A stretch of DNA of 64,000 nt. Origin: Chloroflexota bacterium. GTDB taxonomy: Bacteria; Chloroflexota; Dehalococcoidia; DSTF01; JACRBR01. Under the pieces are notes generated by a model, which was not told where the DNA came from, did not search any database, and saw only the letters and a list, made by a program, of their open reading frames with translations. How positions within the stretch are numbered: the first letter of the stretch is position 1; each line of letters starts with the position of its first letter. The DNA lies in assembly GCA_028872875.1 (NCBI GenBank), contig JAGWOC010000006.1:7796-71795 (forward strand). Direction: 5' to 3'. Both the position numbers and the translations under genes were made by a program. Shown one piece after another: positions 45,236 through 54,792 of the stretch.

Positions 45236-46237
45236 ATGGAACCGGAGCAGATCGCGGCGTACCTGCGCGCGCAGATGCCCGATGCGCGCGATGTCGCGGT
45301 GTCGGACCTGGCGCGCATCCCGGGCGGGGCGTCGCGCGAGACGTGGATGTTCGACGCGCGCTGGTCGCGCGGCGGCGTGGCCGAGGAGCACGCGCTGATC
45401 CTGCGGCGCGACCCGCCGGCGAGCCTGCTCGAGAGCAACATCGGCCTGGAGTTCGCGCTGTACACGGCGCTGGCCGGGAGCGGCATCCCCGTGCCGCGCG
45501 TGCTCTGGCTCGAACGGGACGGCGCGGCGCTCGAGCGCCCGTTCTACGTCATGGAGCGCCTGCCGGGGGCGACGGACGCGCGCACGCTCGCCACGTCGCC
45601 GGAGTGGGCGGACGTGCGGCCGCTGGTAGCGCGCCAGAAGGCCGATATCCTGGCGAGGATCCACGCGTTCGACATCGCACGGCTGCCATCGCTCGAGCAG
45701 CCGGCGTCGCGCGAGGCGTGCGCGCCGCACGAGGTCGCGCGCTGGGAGCGCACGATGCGCGAGGACAGCCTGGAGCCGCAGCCGGTGCTGGAGATGGCGC
45801 TGAGCTGGCTCAAGCGTCACGAGCCACCGGCGCCGGAGCGGCTGGCGCTGGTACACGCGGACTATCGCACGGGCAACTTCCTGTACGACCGCAGCGGCAT
45901 CACGGGCATCCTCGACTGGGAGATGGCGCACGCGGGAGACCCCATCGAGGACATCGGCTGGGTGTGCGTGAAGTCGTGGCGCTGGGCGGGCGATGATCGC
46001 GTCGGCGGGCTCTGCGGGCGCGACGAGTTCATCGCGACGTACGAAGCCGCCGGCGGCGTCAAGGTCGACCGCGACGCGCTGAAGTTCTGGGAGGTGCTCG
46101 GGAACGTCAAGCTTGCCGTGATCTTCATCACCGCCACGAAGGCCGTCGTCCTGGGGCAGTCGCCGGACCTGTTGCTGGCCGTCACCTCCTTCATCAACCC
46201 GGGCATCGAGGCGGAGATCATGGAGCTGATCGCGTGA
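45236..46237 (+). CDS. APH-fold phosphotransferase (LvaA / ACAD10 kinase-domain-like)
   Basis: GGASRETW, PFYVME, VHADYRTGN, ILDWEMAHAGDPIED. Confidence 0.88.
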   Translation: MEPEQIAAYLRAQMPDARDVAVSDLARIPGGASRETWMFDARWSRGGVAEEHALILRRDPPASLLESNIGLEFALYTALAGSGIPVPRVLWLERDGAALERPFYVMERLPGATDARTLATSPEWADVRPLVARQKADILARIHAFDIARLPSLEQPASREACAPHEVARWERTMREDSLEPQPVLEMALSWLKRHEPPAPERLALVHADYRTGNFLYDRSGITGILDWEMAHAGDPIEDIGWVCVKSWRWAGDDRVGGLCGRDEFIATYEAAGGVKVDRDALKFWEVLGNVKLAVIFITATKAVVLGQSPDLLLAVTSFINPGIEAEIMELIA

Positions 46238-46707
46238 GGCCGTATCCGGAGGAGGTGCTGCGGGCGGTGCAGGTCGGCATCATGGCGCACCTCGCGCCCG
46301 AGGTGCGTTCGGCGTACGGGCAGGCGCAGATCGCGTTCTCGATGCTGCTATTCATGGTCGTGCAGCGCGATGCCGACAGCGCCGCTGCCGACCTCGTCGA
46401 CGACAGCCGGGCGTTGCGGGGGCTGCTGGCGGATGCGGACGCCGCGCTCGCGGCCGTCCACCGCGACGACGCGCGGGCCGCGCGCGAGCGGCTCGCGGCC
46501 CTCCCGGGCGCCGCGGCGACGCTGCGGCTGTCGGACCTGCGGGCGGAGAACACGGCGCTGCGCGGGGCGCTCGCCGATCTGGCACCGCTCATCGAGCCGG
46601 CCGCGGACGACGCCGCGCTGGCGCCCCTGCGGGACGTGCGGGCGGCCGTCTTCGACTATCTGACGGCCGACGCGAAGCGCCGCACGGTGCCGATCCTCAG
46701 CGGCTGA
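46234..46707 (+). CDS. Hypothetical helical protein, probable kinase partner (LvaB-like)
   Basis: GTGA overlap with kinase; RPxPEEVLRAV N-terminus. Confidence 0.6.
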   Translation: MRPYPEEVLRAVQVGIMAHLAPEVRSAYGQAQIAFSMLLFMVVQRDADSAAADLVDDSRALRGLLADADAALAAVHRDDARAARERLAALPGAAATLRLSDLRAENTALRGALADLAPLIEPAADDAALAPLRDVRAAVFDYLTADAKRRTVPILSG

Positions 46708-46738
46708 CGTACGCGGCGCGCGGCCCTACACTGGTCTT

Positions 46739-47305
46739 ATGATCGAGCAGGTTCGCGCGCGGCTGGCGGGCTACCAGCCGCGGTACATCGACGAGCCGGC
46801 ACTGGCGCGCGCGGCGGTGCTGCTGCCGCTGTACGAAAACGGCGGCGAGACGCACGTGCTGTTCACCAGGCGGTCGGAGCTGGTGGAGCATCACAAGGGC
46901 CAGATCTCGTTCCCGGGGGGCGGCTACGACGCGGCGGACGGCGACCTGCGGGTGACGGCGCTGCGCGAGACGTGGGAGGAGATCGGCGTGGCGCAGGACC
47001 ACGTCGAGGTGCTGGGGCAGCTCGACGAGATGGTGACGGTGTCGGACTTCCTGGTGCGGCCGTTCGTGGGGCTGATCACCGAGCCGGGGCCGTACCCGTT
47101 CGTCCACAGCGAGCACGAGGTCGCCGAGATCATCGAGGTGCCGCTGCGCCACCTGCGGGATGGCGCGAACGCCGTCGCGGAGCCGCGCACGTACCAGGGC
47201 CGCACGGCCATGGCGTACACGTACCGGTACGGTGATCATGTGATCTGGGGGGCGACCGCGCGCATCCTGCACCAATTTCTGGAGCTCATCGCTCACGACG
47301 CATAG
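46739..47305 (+). CDS. Nudix CoA pyrophosphatase
   Basis: LFTRRS..HKGQISFPGG, ALRETWEEIG, IWGATA. Confidence 0.92.
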   Translation: MIEQVRARLAGYQPRYIDEPALARAAVLLPLYENGGETHVLFTRRSELVEHHKGQISFPGGGYDAADGDLRVTALRETWEEIGVAQDHVEVLGQLDEMVTVSDFLVRPFVGLITEPGPYPFVHSEHEVAEIIEVPLRHLRDGANAVAEPRTYQGRTAMAYTYRYGDHVIWGATARILHQFLELIAHDA

Positions 47306-47341
47306 GCAGGAGTTCGCGGGCGGAGCCCGAGGAGGCAGTGC

Positions 47342-47524
47342 ATGGATCTGGTGTTGCAGTCGAGCGAGGTCGCGTTGCTGCTTCGCGTGCTGACGGAGGA
47401 GATCGGCGACCTCCGGGTGGAGATCGGGAAGACGGAGAGCCACGACCTGCGCGAATCGCTCAAGCGCGACGAGGCGGCGCTCCGGAACATCGTGCGGCGG
47501 CTGGACCCGGCGTCGACGCTGTAG
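47342..47524 (+). CDS. Small hypothetical helical protein
   Basis: 60 aa, GAGGAGG RBS, normal codon bias. Confidence 0.65.
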   Translation: MDLVLQSSEVALLLRVLTEEIGDLRVEIGKTESHDLRESLKRDEAALRNIVRRLDPASTL

Positions 47525-47557
47525 CGGCGGAGCTTCATCTCCGCCCTCGCGGAGCCT

Positions 47558-50473
47558 TCAGACGTCGAGGCGGAAGCCTTGGCCGCGCAGCGTGACGATG
47601 TAGCGGCGCTCGCCGCCGGCTTGGACGATGCGTTCGCGCACGCGCCGGACGAGCGCATCGAGCGCCTCCTCGGAGACGCCTTCGACGTGGGCATCGGGCC
47701 AGACGTGCGTGACGAGCTCCTCTCGGCCGATCACCTTCCCCCTGCGCTCGTAGAGGTACGCGAGCAGCCGGAACTGCTCATTGGACAGCCCCGGCCGCGC
47801 CTCGCTGCCGTGCACGTAGACGCGGCGCGTCTCCATATCGACGTGGAGCGCGGGCGGCGTCGCAGGTGGCGGCGGCGTGACAGGCGCAAGCGCATCCGGC
47901 GCCTCGCCGCCGGATGCGGACGCGCCCGCCGCGGCAGGACCGTGGCGGCGCCGGTACACGACGCCCCCGACGACGGCCGCGGCGATGGCGGCGAGCGCGA
48001 TGGGGATGCCGATGGCGAGCAGCATGCCGGTGCCGCGTGAACTGCGGCCCGCTGTCACCGCGACGGTCGACGGCGCGACGGACGTCGGCGGCGCGGCGGC
48101 GCCGACCGTGAGCGCCAGCGCCTTCGAGGTGATGTCGGCGATGCTGGCGGTCACGGTGTACTTGCCGGGGCCGCCGGCGGCGACCTCGGCTACCGCCATG
48201 CCGTCGACGGTCTTCGCCGATCCGCCGGTGCTGACGCCGGATGCGTCCGTCAGGGTGAAGGACACGGCAGAACCATCGGGCACGGGGTCGCCGTTCATAT
48301 CGACGATGGGCCCGGCGACGAGCGGCAGCGTGCGCAGGTTGGCGACGGCGTTGGGGTTCTGCCCGTAGACGCTGACCCGGATGTCCTGCGACGGGTCGGG
48401 GCGGACCGCGTCGTTGACGTTGTAGAAGATGCCGGCGATGTTGACCGGCGAGTGCCCCTTCGGCGTGATGTCGCCGTAGAGCGCGCGAAAGCCTGCCTCG
48501 ATGGCGGCCTGCGTCTTGTTGTAGACGGCGAAGAACGCGGTGAGGCTGCTCAGCTCGGTGGAGCCGAGGTCGTACGGGACGTTGTAGGCGATCGCCACCA
48601 TCGTCTTGTTGCGCAGGTCGACCGGCGGCGCATCGAGGAAGCGCTTGACGGCGCCGGATGCCGGGCGGGCATCGGGGTTGTATTCGGCAAGCGCGAAGAT
48701 CAGCCACGACGCATCGCCGACGGCTTTCGCCGTGGCGGCGTTCGCGGGGTCGGCGGGCTTGCTGAGCCAGGCGTCGAGCTCCCCGAAGCTGATGGTCGAG
48801 ACATCCTCCGGTTTCAGGCGGCCCTGGCCGGCCGGGCCGTACAACGCGAGCAGCGTGTTCTGCAGGTCGAGCTTGGACTTGATGCGATAGGGGTAGCAGT
48901 CCGCCCAGCACTCGACGATCAGCACCTTCTCCGGCGAGATGGGGCCGCGCGGCAGGCGGGCGCGCAGCTCGCTGACGCTGGCCGGCTGCACGAGGGTCAG
49001 CGCGTCCTCGGCGAGCGACCGCATCTCGGCGTCGCCCTGGCCGGCGGCTGCGGTGGCGGCCGTGGGGTCGGCGAGCACCTGGCTGAGCTGGAGCTTCGGG
49101 TAGAGCTTGAGTTTGGCGGCGATGATGTGGCGGACGGCGTCATCGACGCGGCGCCGGAAGTCGGGGTCGGCGGCGTACTGCTGGCGCATGTAGAGGATGC
49201 TGTCCTGGATGACGGGGAGCTGGTTGTCCCTCCATCCGGGGTGCGCCGGGTCGTGGTAGAACTCGACGAACGGCAGCAGGTCGCTGCCGGCCATGAGCGC
49301 GTCGCGCACAACGGTGCGGTTCGGGAAGTCGGGTTGCCCCTGCTCCTGGGCGTACCACTTCTTGATCGCCGGCACGCCGAGCGAGTCGCTCATCATGAAG
49401 TGGTTGGCGCGCCAGCTCGAGAACTCGGGGAGCTGGAGCAGGGTCGTCAGCGCGGCGCGGTCGAGCGAGATCGGGCGGGTGAAGGGCGCGGGCGACGACG
49501 GCACGAAGTTCCGGTAGCGGATGTGCGAGACCATCATGCCGTCGGTCGTGCCGAGCGATGCGCCGGCCGCGACGCGGTCGACCTCGGCGAAGGGGGCGAG
49601 CTCCGTCTGGCGGAGCTGGTCGAGGGACTTGTTGACGGTCGGCACCTGGTCGTCCGTCGAGCGGTCGCTTTCGCCGTGGCCGGGGAAGTGCTTGGCGACG
49701 GTGAGCATGCGGCCGGCGCTGCCCTCGTGGACGCCGCGGACGAAGGCGCGGCCGAGCTCGCCGACCCAGGTGGCGTTGCCGCCGAACGAGCGTACGCCGA
49801 TGTCGCCGCCGCCGCCCGAGCGCGGCGTATCGAGCACATCGACCGCGGGACCGAGGAGCATGTTGATGCCGGCCGCGGAGAGCTCCTTGCCGACGATCTG
49901 GCCGGTCGCCTCGGCGTGCTTCTTGCTCCAGGTGGCGCCGATGGTCATGTTGTCCGGGATCGCCGTGTAGCCGTTCGTCACGTTGGTGAGCGGGTAGAGG
50001 TCGCCTTCGTTGTCGGTCGCGATGAGGAGCGGGATGAAGTAGGGGTTGGCGGCGTCGCCGCGCCGCGTGGCCTCGTAGGCGCGCTGCTGGAGGCCGTTGG
50101 TGAGCGCCGCGATCTGGGCGGGCGTGTCGCCCCGGTTGACGATGTTGCCGTTGCTGGCGGTGACGAGGACCGAGCCCACCTTGAAGTCGCGGATGAGGGA
50201 CGCGATATCGGACGTCGCGGAGACGTCGCTACCGACGAAGTTGACCATCACGAGCTGCCCGACGCGCTCATCCACGGTGAGCGAGGAGACGACGCGATCG
50301 ATCATCGCGCTGTCGGGCCCGGGGGTCTGCGCGCGGGTGACAGCGGGGCGGTGCGCGCCGGCCAGTGCGAGCGCGAGCGCAACGGCGGCGAGCAACGCAA
50401 GGCGCATCCCGGTCCGAGTGCGCGAGCGGCGGGACGGCGTGCGGCAGGACGCGGTGGACATGCGTGCGGCCAC
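47558..50473 (-). CDS. Fusion: signal peptide - GH3 (NagZ-like) - Ig-like - TM - OmpR/PhoB winged-helix DNA-binding domain
   Basis: ERVGQLVMV, ATDNEG, LGPAVDV, VRSFG, KHFPGHG, MVSH, MSDSL; TM LLAIGIPIALAAIAAAVVGGVVY-RRR; C-terminal LSNEQFRLLAYL..REELVTHVW..ALVRRVRERI..IVTLRGQGFRL. Confidence 0.88.
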   Translation of the reverse strand: MAARMSTASCRTPSRRSRTRTGMRLALLAAVALALALAGAHRPAVTRAQTPGPDSAMIDRVVSSLTVDERVGQLVMVNFVGSDVSATSDIASLIRDFKVGSVLVTASNGNIVNRGDTPAQIAALTNGLQQRAYEATRRGDAANPYFIPLLIATDNEGDLYPLTNVTNGYTAIPDNMTIGATWSKKHAEATGQIVGKELSAAGINMLLGPAVDVLDTPRSGGGGDIGVRSFGGNATWVGELGRAFVRGVHEGSAGRMLTVAKHFPGHGESDRSTDDQVPTVNKSLDQLRQTELAPFAEVDRVAAGASLGTTDGMMVSHIRYRNFVPSSPAPFTRPISLDRAALTTLLQLPEFSSWRANHFMMSDSLGVPAIKKWYAQEQGQPDFPNRTVVRDALMAGSDLLPFVEFYHDPAHPGWRDNQLPVIQDSILYMRQQYAADPDFRRRVDDAVRHIIAAKLKLYPKLQLSQVLADPTAATAAAGQGDAEMRSLAEDALTLVQPASVSELRARLPRGPISPEKVLIVECWADCYPYRIKSKLDLQNTLLALYGPAGQGRLKPEDVSTISFGELDAWLSKPADPANAATAKAVGDASWLIFALAEYNPDARPASGAVKRFLDAPPVDLRNKTMVAIAYNVPYDLGSTELSSLTAFFAVYNKTQAAIEAGFRALYGDITPKGHSPVNIAGIFYNVNDAVRPDPSQDIRVSVYGQNPNAVANLRTLPLVAGPIVDMNGDPVPDGSAVSFTLTDASGVSTGGSAKTVDGMAVAEVAAGGPGKYTVTASIADITSKALALTVGAAAPPTSVAPSTVAVTAGRSSRGTGMLLAIGIPIALAAIAAAVVGGVVYRRRHGPAAAGASASGGEAPDALAPVTPPPPATPPALHVDMETRRVYVHGSEARPGLSNEQFRLLAYLYERRGKVIGREELVTHVWPDAHVEGVSEEALDALVRRVRERIVQAGGERRYIVTLRGQGFRLDV

Positions 50474-50553
50474 GTGTGCGATTATGCCACTCCGGCGCGC
50501 TCGGGGGTATGTCGCATCCGAAGGACGACGCCGCGGTCAGCAGGCGCGTTGCG

Positions 50554-51405
50554 TCAGCCGCGGGGGCGTTCGCCGTAATCGCCGAAGGGTGCGTCGCGGC
50601 GGCGCACGGCCTCGCGAAAGCCCTCGCGCATCGCCGTGTCGCGCCAGGCGATGCCCTCGGGCGTGTGGCGGGCGATGCCGTCAAAGACGGTGCCGATGAG
50701 CTGCGTGGTGCGCAGCCCCATGTTCTCGTACGCCTGGTTGACGAGCAGCTTGCTCATCACGAGCTGGTTCAGCGGGATCGTCGCGAGTCGCCGGGCCATC
50801 GCCGTCACGGCGGCCGGCAGCTCGTCGGCCGGGAGCGCCTTCGACGCGAGCCCCAGCCGCTCGGCTTCGGCGCCGGACAGCGCCTCGCCCGTGAGCATGA
50901 GGCGCTTGGCGTGCTCGAGCCCCAGCCGGTAGACCCACATGACGGTCGTCGGCTCGCCCCAGATGCGCGCGGGCGGGTAGCCGATCTGCGCGTCCTCGGC
51001 CATGAAGATGAGGTCGCAGCAGAGGGCGAGGTCGGTGCCGCCGCCAACGCACCAGCCGTGTACCTGCGCGATCACGGGTTTCGGGCTCTCCCAGAGGGCC
51101 ATGTAGGCGCGCACGTTGCGGGACATCCCCAGATAGTCGCGGACGGGGTCCCACTGGCCGGACATGGCGCGCTGAGAGGCGTCCTCGGCCTTCGTGCCCC
51201 AGTCGAGGTCGTAGCCGGCGCAGAAGGCGCGCCCGGCGCCGCTGAGCACGAGCACGCGCACGTCGGGGTCGTCGTTCGCCGCCGCGACGGCGGCGCGGAC
51301 ATCGGCCACGAGCTGCGTGTTGATGGCGTTCAGGCGTGCCGGCCGGTTGAGGACGACGCGGGCGATGCCGTCGGCCGCGCTGTAATCGACCGTCTCGTAG
51401 CTCAC
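50554..51405 (-). CDS. Crotonase/enoyl-CoA hydratase family protein
   Basis: LNRPARLNAI, AFCAGYDL, VHGWCVGGG, IGYPPAR. Confidence 0.9.
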   Translation of the reverse strand: MSYETVDYSAADGIARVVLNRPARLNAINTQLVADVRAAVAAANDDPDVRVLVLSGAGRAFCAGYDLDWGTKAEDASQRAMSGQWDPVRDYLGMSRNVRAYMALWESPKPVIAQVHGWCVGGGTDLALCCDLIFMAEDAQIGYPPARIWGEPTTVMWVYRLGLEHAKRLMLTGEALSGAEAERLGLASKALPADELPAAVTAMARRLATIPLNQLVMSKLLVNQAYENMGLRTTQLIGTVFDGIARHTPEGIAWRDTAMREGFREAVRRRDAPFGDYGERPRG

Positions 51406-51543
51406 GGCTGCGTCCTCTCGTAGACCTCGGGCGGTGCTATCCTGCACATGCGAGCGTATCCAGGATACTTCGCGCTGGTCGCCGCGATGAGGTGGACGTC
51501 TCGCATGCTGGGCCTCCGGGCGCGGGGTCAGGGTGCGCCCTGA

Positions 51544-51572
51544 TTGCGGGAGGCATCCCCGCGCCGTATACT
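51544..51572 (+). promoter_or_regulatory. Sigma70-type promoter for helicase
   Basis: TTGCGG-N17-TATACT, about 110 nt upstream of start. Confidence 0.55.
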
Positions 51573-51680
51573 ACGGTATCAGCATCTTCAGTACACGTCC
51601 GCTGCGATTGCCCCCCATCGAGCCGGTGTCGCCTTTCGCACTGGTCGTCGAGAAGAAATCTTCTGACGAAAGGTATCTGC

Positions 51681-52904
51681 TTGTCATCCTTCAGTGAATT
51701 CGCGTTGAGGCCATCGAGCCTCAAGGCGCTGGCTTCGATGCATATCGAGACGCCGACGCCCATCCAGGCATCATCCATCCCCCCACTCCTCGAAGGGCGC
51801 GACGTCATCGGCCAGGCCTTCACGGGCTCGGGCAAGACGCTGGCCTTCGGGCTGCCGCTGATCGAGCGGATTGACATCCAGCACAAGTGGCTGCAGGCGC
51901 TCGTGCTCGTACCGACGCGCGAGCTGGCGTTGCAGGTCGGCGGGGTGTTGGAGAAGCTGGCGAAGCCGGCCGGCATCTTCACGACGCTGATCTTCGGCGG
52001 ACGGGCCTTCGGGCCGCAGCAGGACGACATCTACGCCGGCGCGCAGGTCGTCGTCGGCACGCCGGGCCGCGTGCTCGACCATCTGAGCCGCGGGTCGATG
52101 CGGCTCGACGGCGTCACCTACCTGGTGCTCGACGAGGCGGACGAGATGCTCGACCGGGGCTTCGCGCCGGACGTCGAGCGGATCCTCGGCTACGCCGTGG
52201 GGGAGCGGCAGACGTCGCTCTTCTCGGCGACGACGCCGTCGTGGGTGCACAAGGTCTCGACGAAGTACCTCAAGGACCCGGTGGTGATCGAGTCACACGC
52301 GGACGAAGAGGCGGCGCCGGACATCGACCACTTCGTGTTCGAGCTGGGGCGCGAGGACCGCTTCGCGGCGCTCTGCCGGCTGCTCGACGAGCCGACCGAC
52401 GGCACGACGCTTGTCTTCGGACGGACGAAGCACGGCGTACGCAACCTGGGGCTGAAGCTCGAGCGGATGGGCTACCAGGTGGACGTGCTGCAGGGGAACC
52501 TGAGCCAGGGCCAGCGCGAGCGCGTCATCGGCAAGTTCCGCGCGGGCAAGACGCCCGTGCTGCTTGCGACCAACGTGGCGGCGCGCGGCCTCGACGTGCT
52601 GCACATCAGCCGGGTGATCAACTACGAGCTGCCGGAGACGCACGAGCTGTTCACGCACCGCGTCGGCCGCACGGGCCGCATGGGGCGCTCCGGGCGGGCG
52701 ATCACGCTGATCGGCCCGGGCGACCTGCCGAAGTGGCACGAGATCGAGCGGGGAATCGGGAGGAAGCTGCCGCGCATCGGCGCCGACGGGCAGGAGATCA
52801 AGGTCGTGGCGCCGGCGAACGGCGCGAAGCCCGGCGCGGGCGTCGGCGGCGGCAACCGCGGCTTCGGCCGCCGGCGGCGCACGCACGCCGGTGCGTGGCG
52901 GTAG
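51681..52904 (+). CDS. DEAD-box RNA helicase
   Basis: Q motif PTPIQ, TGSGKT, PTRELA, TPGR, DEAD, SAT, ARGLD, HRVGRTGR; TTG start after GAAAGG. Confidence 0.95.
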   Translation: MSSFSEFALRPSSLKALASMHIETPTPIQASSIPPLLEGRDVIGQAFTGSGKTLAFGLPLIERIDIQHKWLQALVLVPTRELALQVGGVLEKLAKPAGIFTTLIFGGRAFGPQQDDIYAGAQVVVGTPGRVLDHLSRGSMRLDGVTYLVLDEADEMLDRGFAPDVERILGYAVGERQTSLFSATTPSWVHKVSTKYLKDPVVIESHADEEAAPDIDHFVFELGREDRFAALCRLLDEPTDGTTLVFGRTKHGVRNLGLKLERMGYQVDVLQGNLSQGQRERVIGKFRAGKTPVLLATNVAARGLDVLHISRVINYELPETHELFTHRVGRTGRMGRSGRAITLIGPGDLPKWHEIERGIGRKLPRIGADGQEIKVVAPANGAKPGAGVGGGNRGFGRRRRTHAGAWR

Positions 52905-52926
52905 GCGATACGCGCGTCAGCGCAGC

Positions 52927-52960
52927 AGCGCCCGGCGGTGAACCGCCGGGCGCTTTGTTT
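52927..52960 (+). terminator. Rho-independent terminator
   Basis: 12-bp stem AGCGCCCGGCGG-tgaa-CCGCCGGGCGCT followed by TTGTTT. Confidence 0.85.
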
Positions 52961-52994
52961 GTTCCTTCGACAATGAGATCCCGCCTGCGCCGCG

Positions 52995-53810
52995 CTACCG
53001 CCCGGTGAACTTCGGCGGCCGCGACTCCGCGAACGCGCGCGGACCTTCGCGGGCGTCCTCGGTCGACAGGGCGATCGCCATCGCCGTGTTCGCCTGTTCC
53101 AGCGCCTCCAGCCAGCCCGTCCCCTCGGCGCCACGATAGACGAGGCGCTTCGCGAGCTGCATCGCCACCGCCGGCCCCTCGGCGAGCCGGCGCGCGAACG
53201 CCATCGCCTCCGTCAGCAGCTCGTCGCCGGACGTCACCTTCGTCACGTAGCCGATGCGCAGCGCCTCCCGCGCGTCGATGAAGTCGCCCGTCCAGATCAG
53301 CTCCAGCGCCCGCGCGATGCCGACGATCTTCGGCAGGAAGTAGCAGCCGCCATCGCCCGGCACCAGCCCCACCTTCACATACGACATCGCGAAGCGCGCG
53401 TGCTCCGACGCGATGCGGATGTCCGCCATCGACGCCATATCCATGCCCGCGCCGACCGCCGCCCCGTTGACCGCGGCGATGTACGGCTTGTCGAGGAGCT
53501 GCACCGCGCGCGGCACCGCGTGGACGCCGTCGCGGAGCCAGTTGCGCCGGTCCGCGGCCGACGGCGGCGTCTCCGCGCGCGCCGTCTCCGCGACGCCGGA
53601 GCCGCCCCGCAGGTCCGCCCCGGCGCAGAACCCGCGCCCCGCTCCCGTCACGATCACGCAGCGCACGTCGCGGTCGACCCGCGCGTCATCGAGCGCCTGC
53701 GCCCACTCTTGGATCATCACGTCCGTGAACGCGTTCATGCGCTCCGGCCGGTTCAGCGTGATCGTCGCCACGCCGTCCTGCTTCTCGTAGAGGATCTGCT
53801 CGAAGTCCAT
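52995..53810 (-). CDS. Enoyl-CoA hydratase/isomerase family protein
   Basis: LNRPERMNA, GFCAGADL, AVNGAAVGAG, GLVPGDGG. Confidence 0.92.
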   Translation of the reverse strand: MDFEQILYEKQDGVATITLNRPERMNAFTDVMIQEWAQALDDARVDRDVRCVIVTGAGRGFCAGADLRGGSGVAETARAETPPSAADRRNWLRDGVHAVPRAVQLLDKPYIAAVNGAAVGAGMDMASMADIRIASEHARFAMSYVKVGLVPGDGGCYFLPKIVGIARALELIWTGDFIDAREALRIGYVTKVTSGDELLTEAMAFARRLAEGPAVAMQLAKRLVYRGAEGTGWLEALEQANTAMAIALSTEDAREGPRAFAESRPPKFTGR

Positions 53811-54003
53811 AGGCCCCTCCGCACCTGCCAGTGACCGGCACCAGAGAGGCAGCGTGGCACACCCGCCTCATTGGTTCCAGGTTCCCGATCCCCGGGTTCC
53901 GGCTCGTGCCGCCCGCAAGGGCCGCATGGCCGTTGACCTCAACCCGGCCCCGCCACACAATGCAGCGATCCGCAGGACGCCCGCATCCCGGGAGGCGCAC
54001 GCC

Positions 54004-54792
54004 ATGGAATACAAGGAAGTCGTCGGCCGCAGGCGGTCGATCCGGTTCTTCGACCCCGACCGGCCCGTCGAGCGGGAGAAGATCCAGAAGATGCTCGAGG
54101 CGGCCCGCCTCGCCTCGTGCGCGGTCAACGCGCAGTGGCAGCGCGCCATCGTCAGCTTCCGCGACGACCTCACCGAGGACCAGCTCTCCCGCCTCAAGAC
54201 GCCGGTCGCCGCCCTCAACGTCGAGCTGGCGCCGGTGCACATCCACTGGTTCAACGACCTCAGCATCGTCAACAAGATCCAGGGCTCGCGGCTCAAGGAG
54301 CTGGTCGATGTCGGCGCCCTGGCCCCGACGCACGGCTGGAGCCACAAGTTCGTCGACGACTTCGTCTACCCGCAGATCCTCAAGCCGATGACCCAGAACC
54401 CCGGCTACCCGGTGCCGTCGACGATGGACGTCGGCATCGCGATGTGCCAGGCGCTGCTCACCGGCGTCGATGAGGGCCTGGGCGTCGGGCTGGTGACGCT
54501 CAACGGCGCCGTGCTCAAGGAAGTCTTCAAGGTGCCGGAGGAGTGGATCCCGCTCTCTACGATCCTCGTCGGCTACCCGGCCGAGTCGTGGGAGGCCGGC
54601 GGCCAGCGCCCGCGCCCGCCGTTCGAAGAGCTGTACTTCGAAGGCGCCTACGGCAAGCCTTTCCCGCGCGACCCGAAGGTCGTCGAGGAGCTGAAGGCGG
54701 CGAAGATGATCCAGGAGCCCGCGAAGCCCAACGACCCGAAGCGCATCGCCGAGATCAAGGCGCTCGCGGAGAAGTACGGCCTGCCCATGTGA
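54004..54792 (+). CDS. Nitroreductase family protein
   Basis: RRRSIRFF, LEAARLASC..NAQ, DEGLG, LVGYPAE; GGGAGG RBS. Confidence 0.88.
   Translation: MEYKEVVGRRRSIRFFDPDRPVEREKIQKMLEAARLASCAVNAQWQRAIVSFRDDLTEDQLSRLKTPVAALNVELAPVHIHWFNDLSIVNKIQGSRLKELVDVGALAPTHGWSHKFVDDFVYPQILKPMTQNPGYPVPSTMDVGIAMCQALLTGVDEGLGVGLVTLNGAVLKEVFKVPEEWIPLSTILVGYPAESWEAGGQRPRPPFEELYFEGAYGKPFPRDPKVVEELKAAKMIQEPAKPNDPKRIAEIKALAEKYGLPM

Noticed and set aside
45236-46237. Aminoglycoside resistance kinase
   Set aside because: Motifs and partner gene fit the acyl-CoA-related LvaA/ACAD10 type
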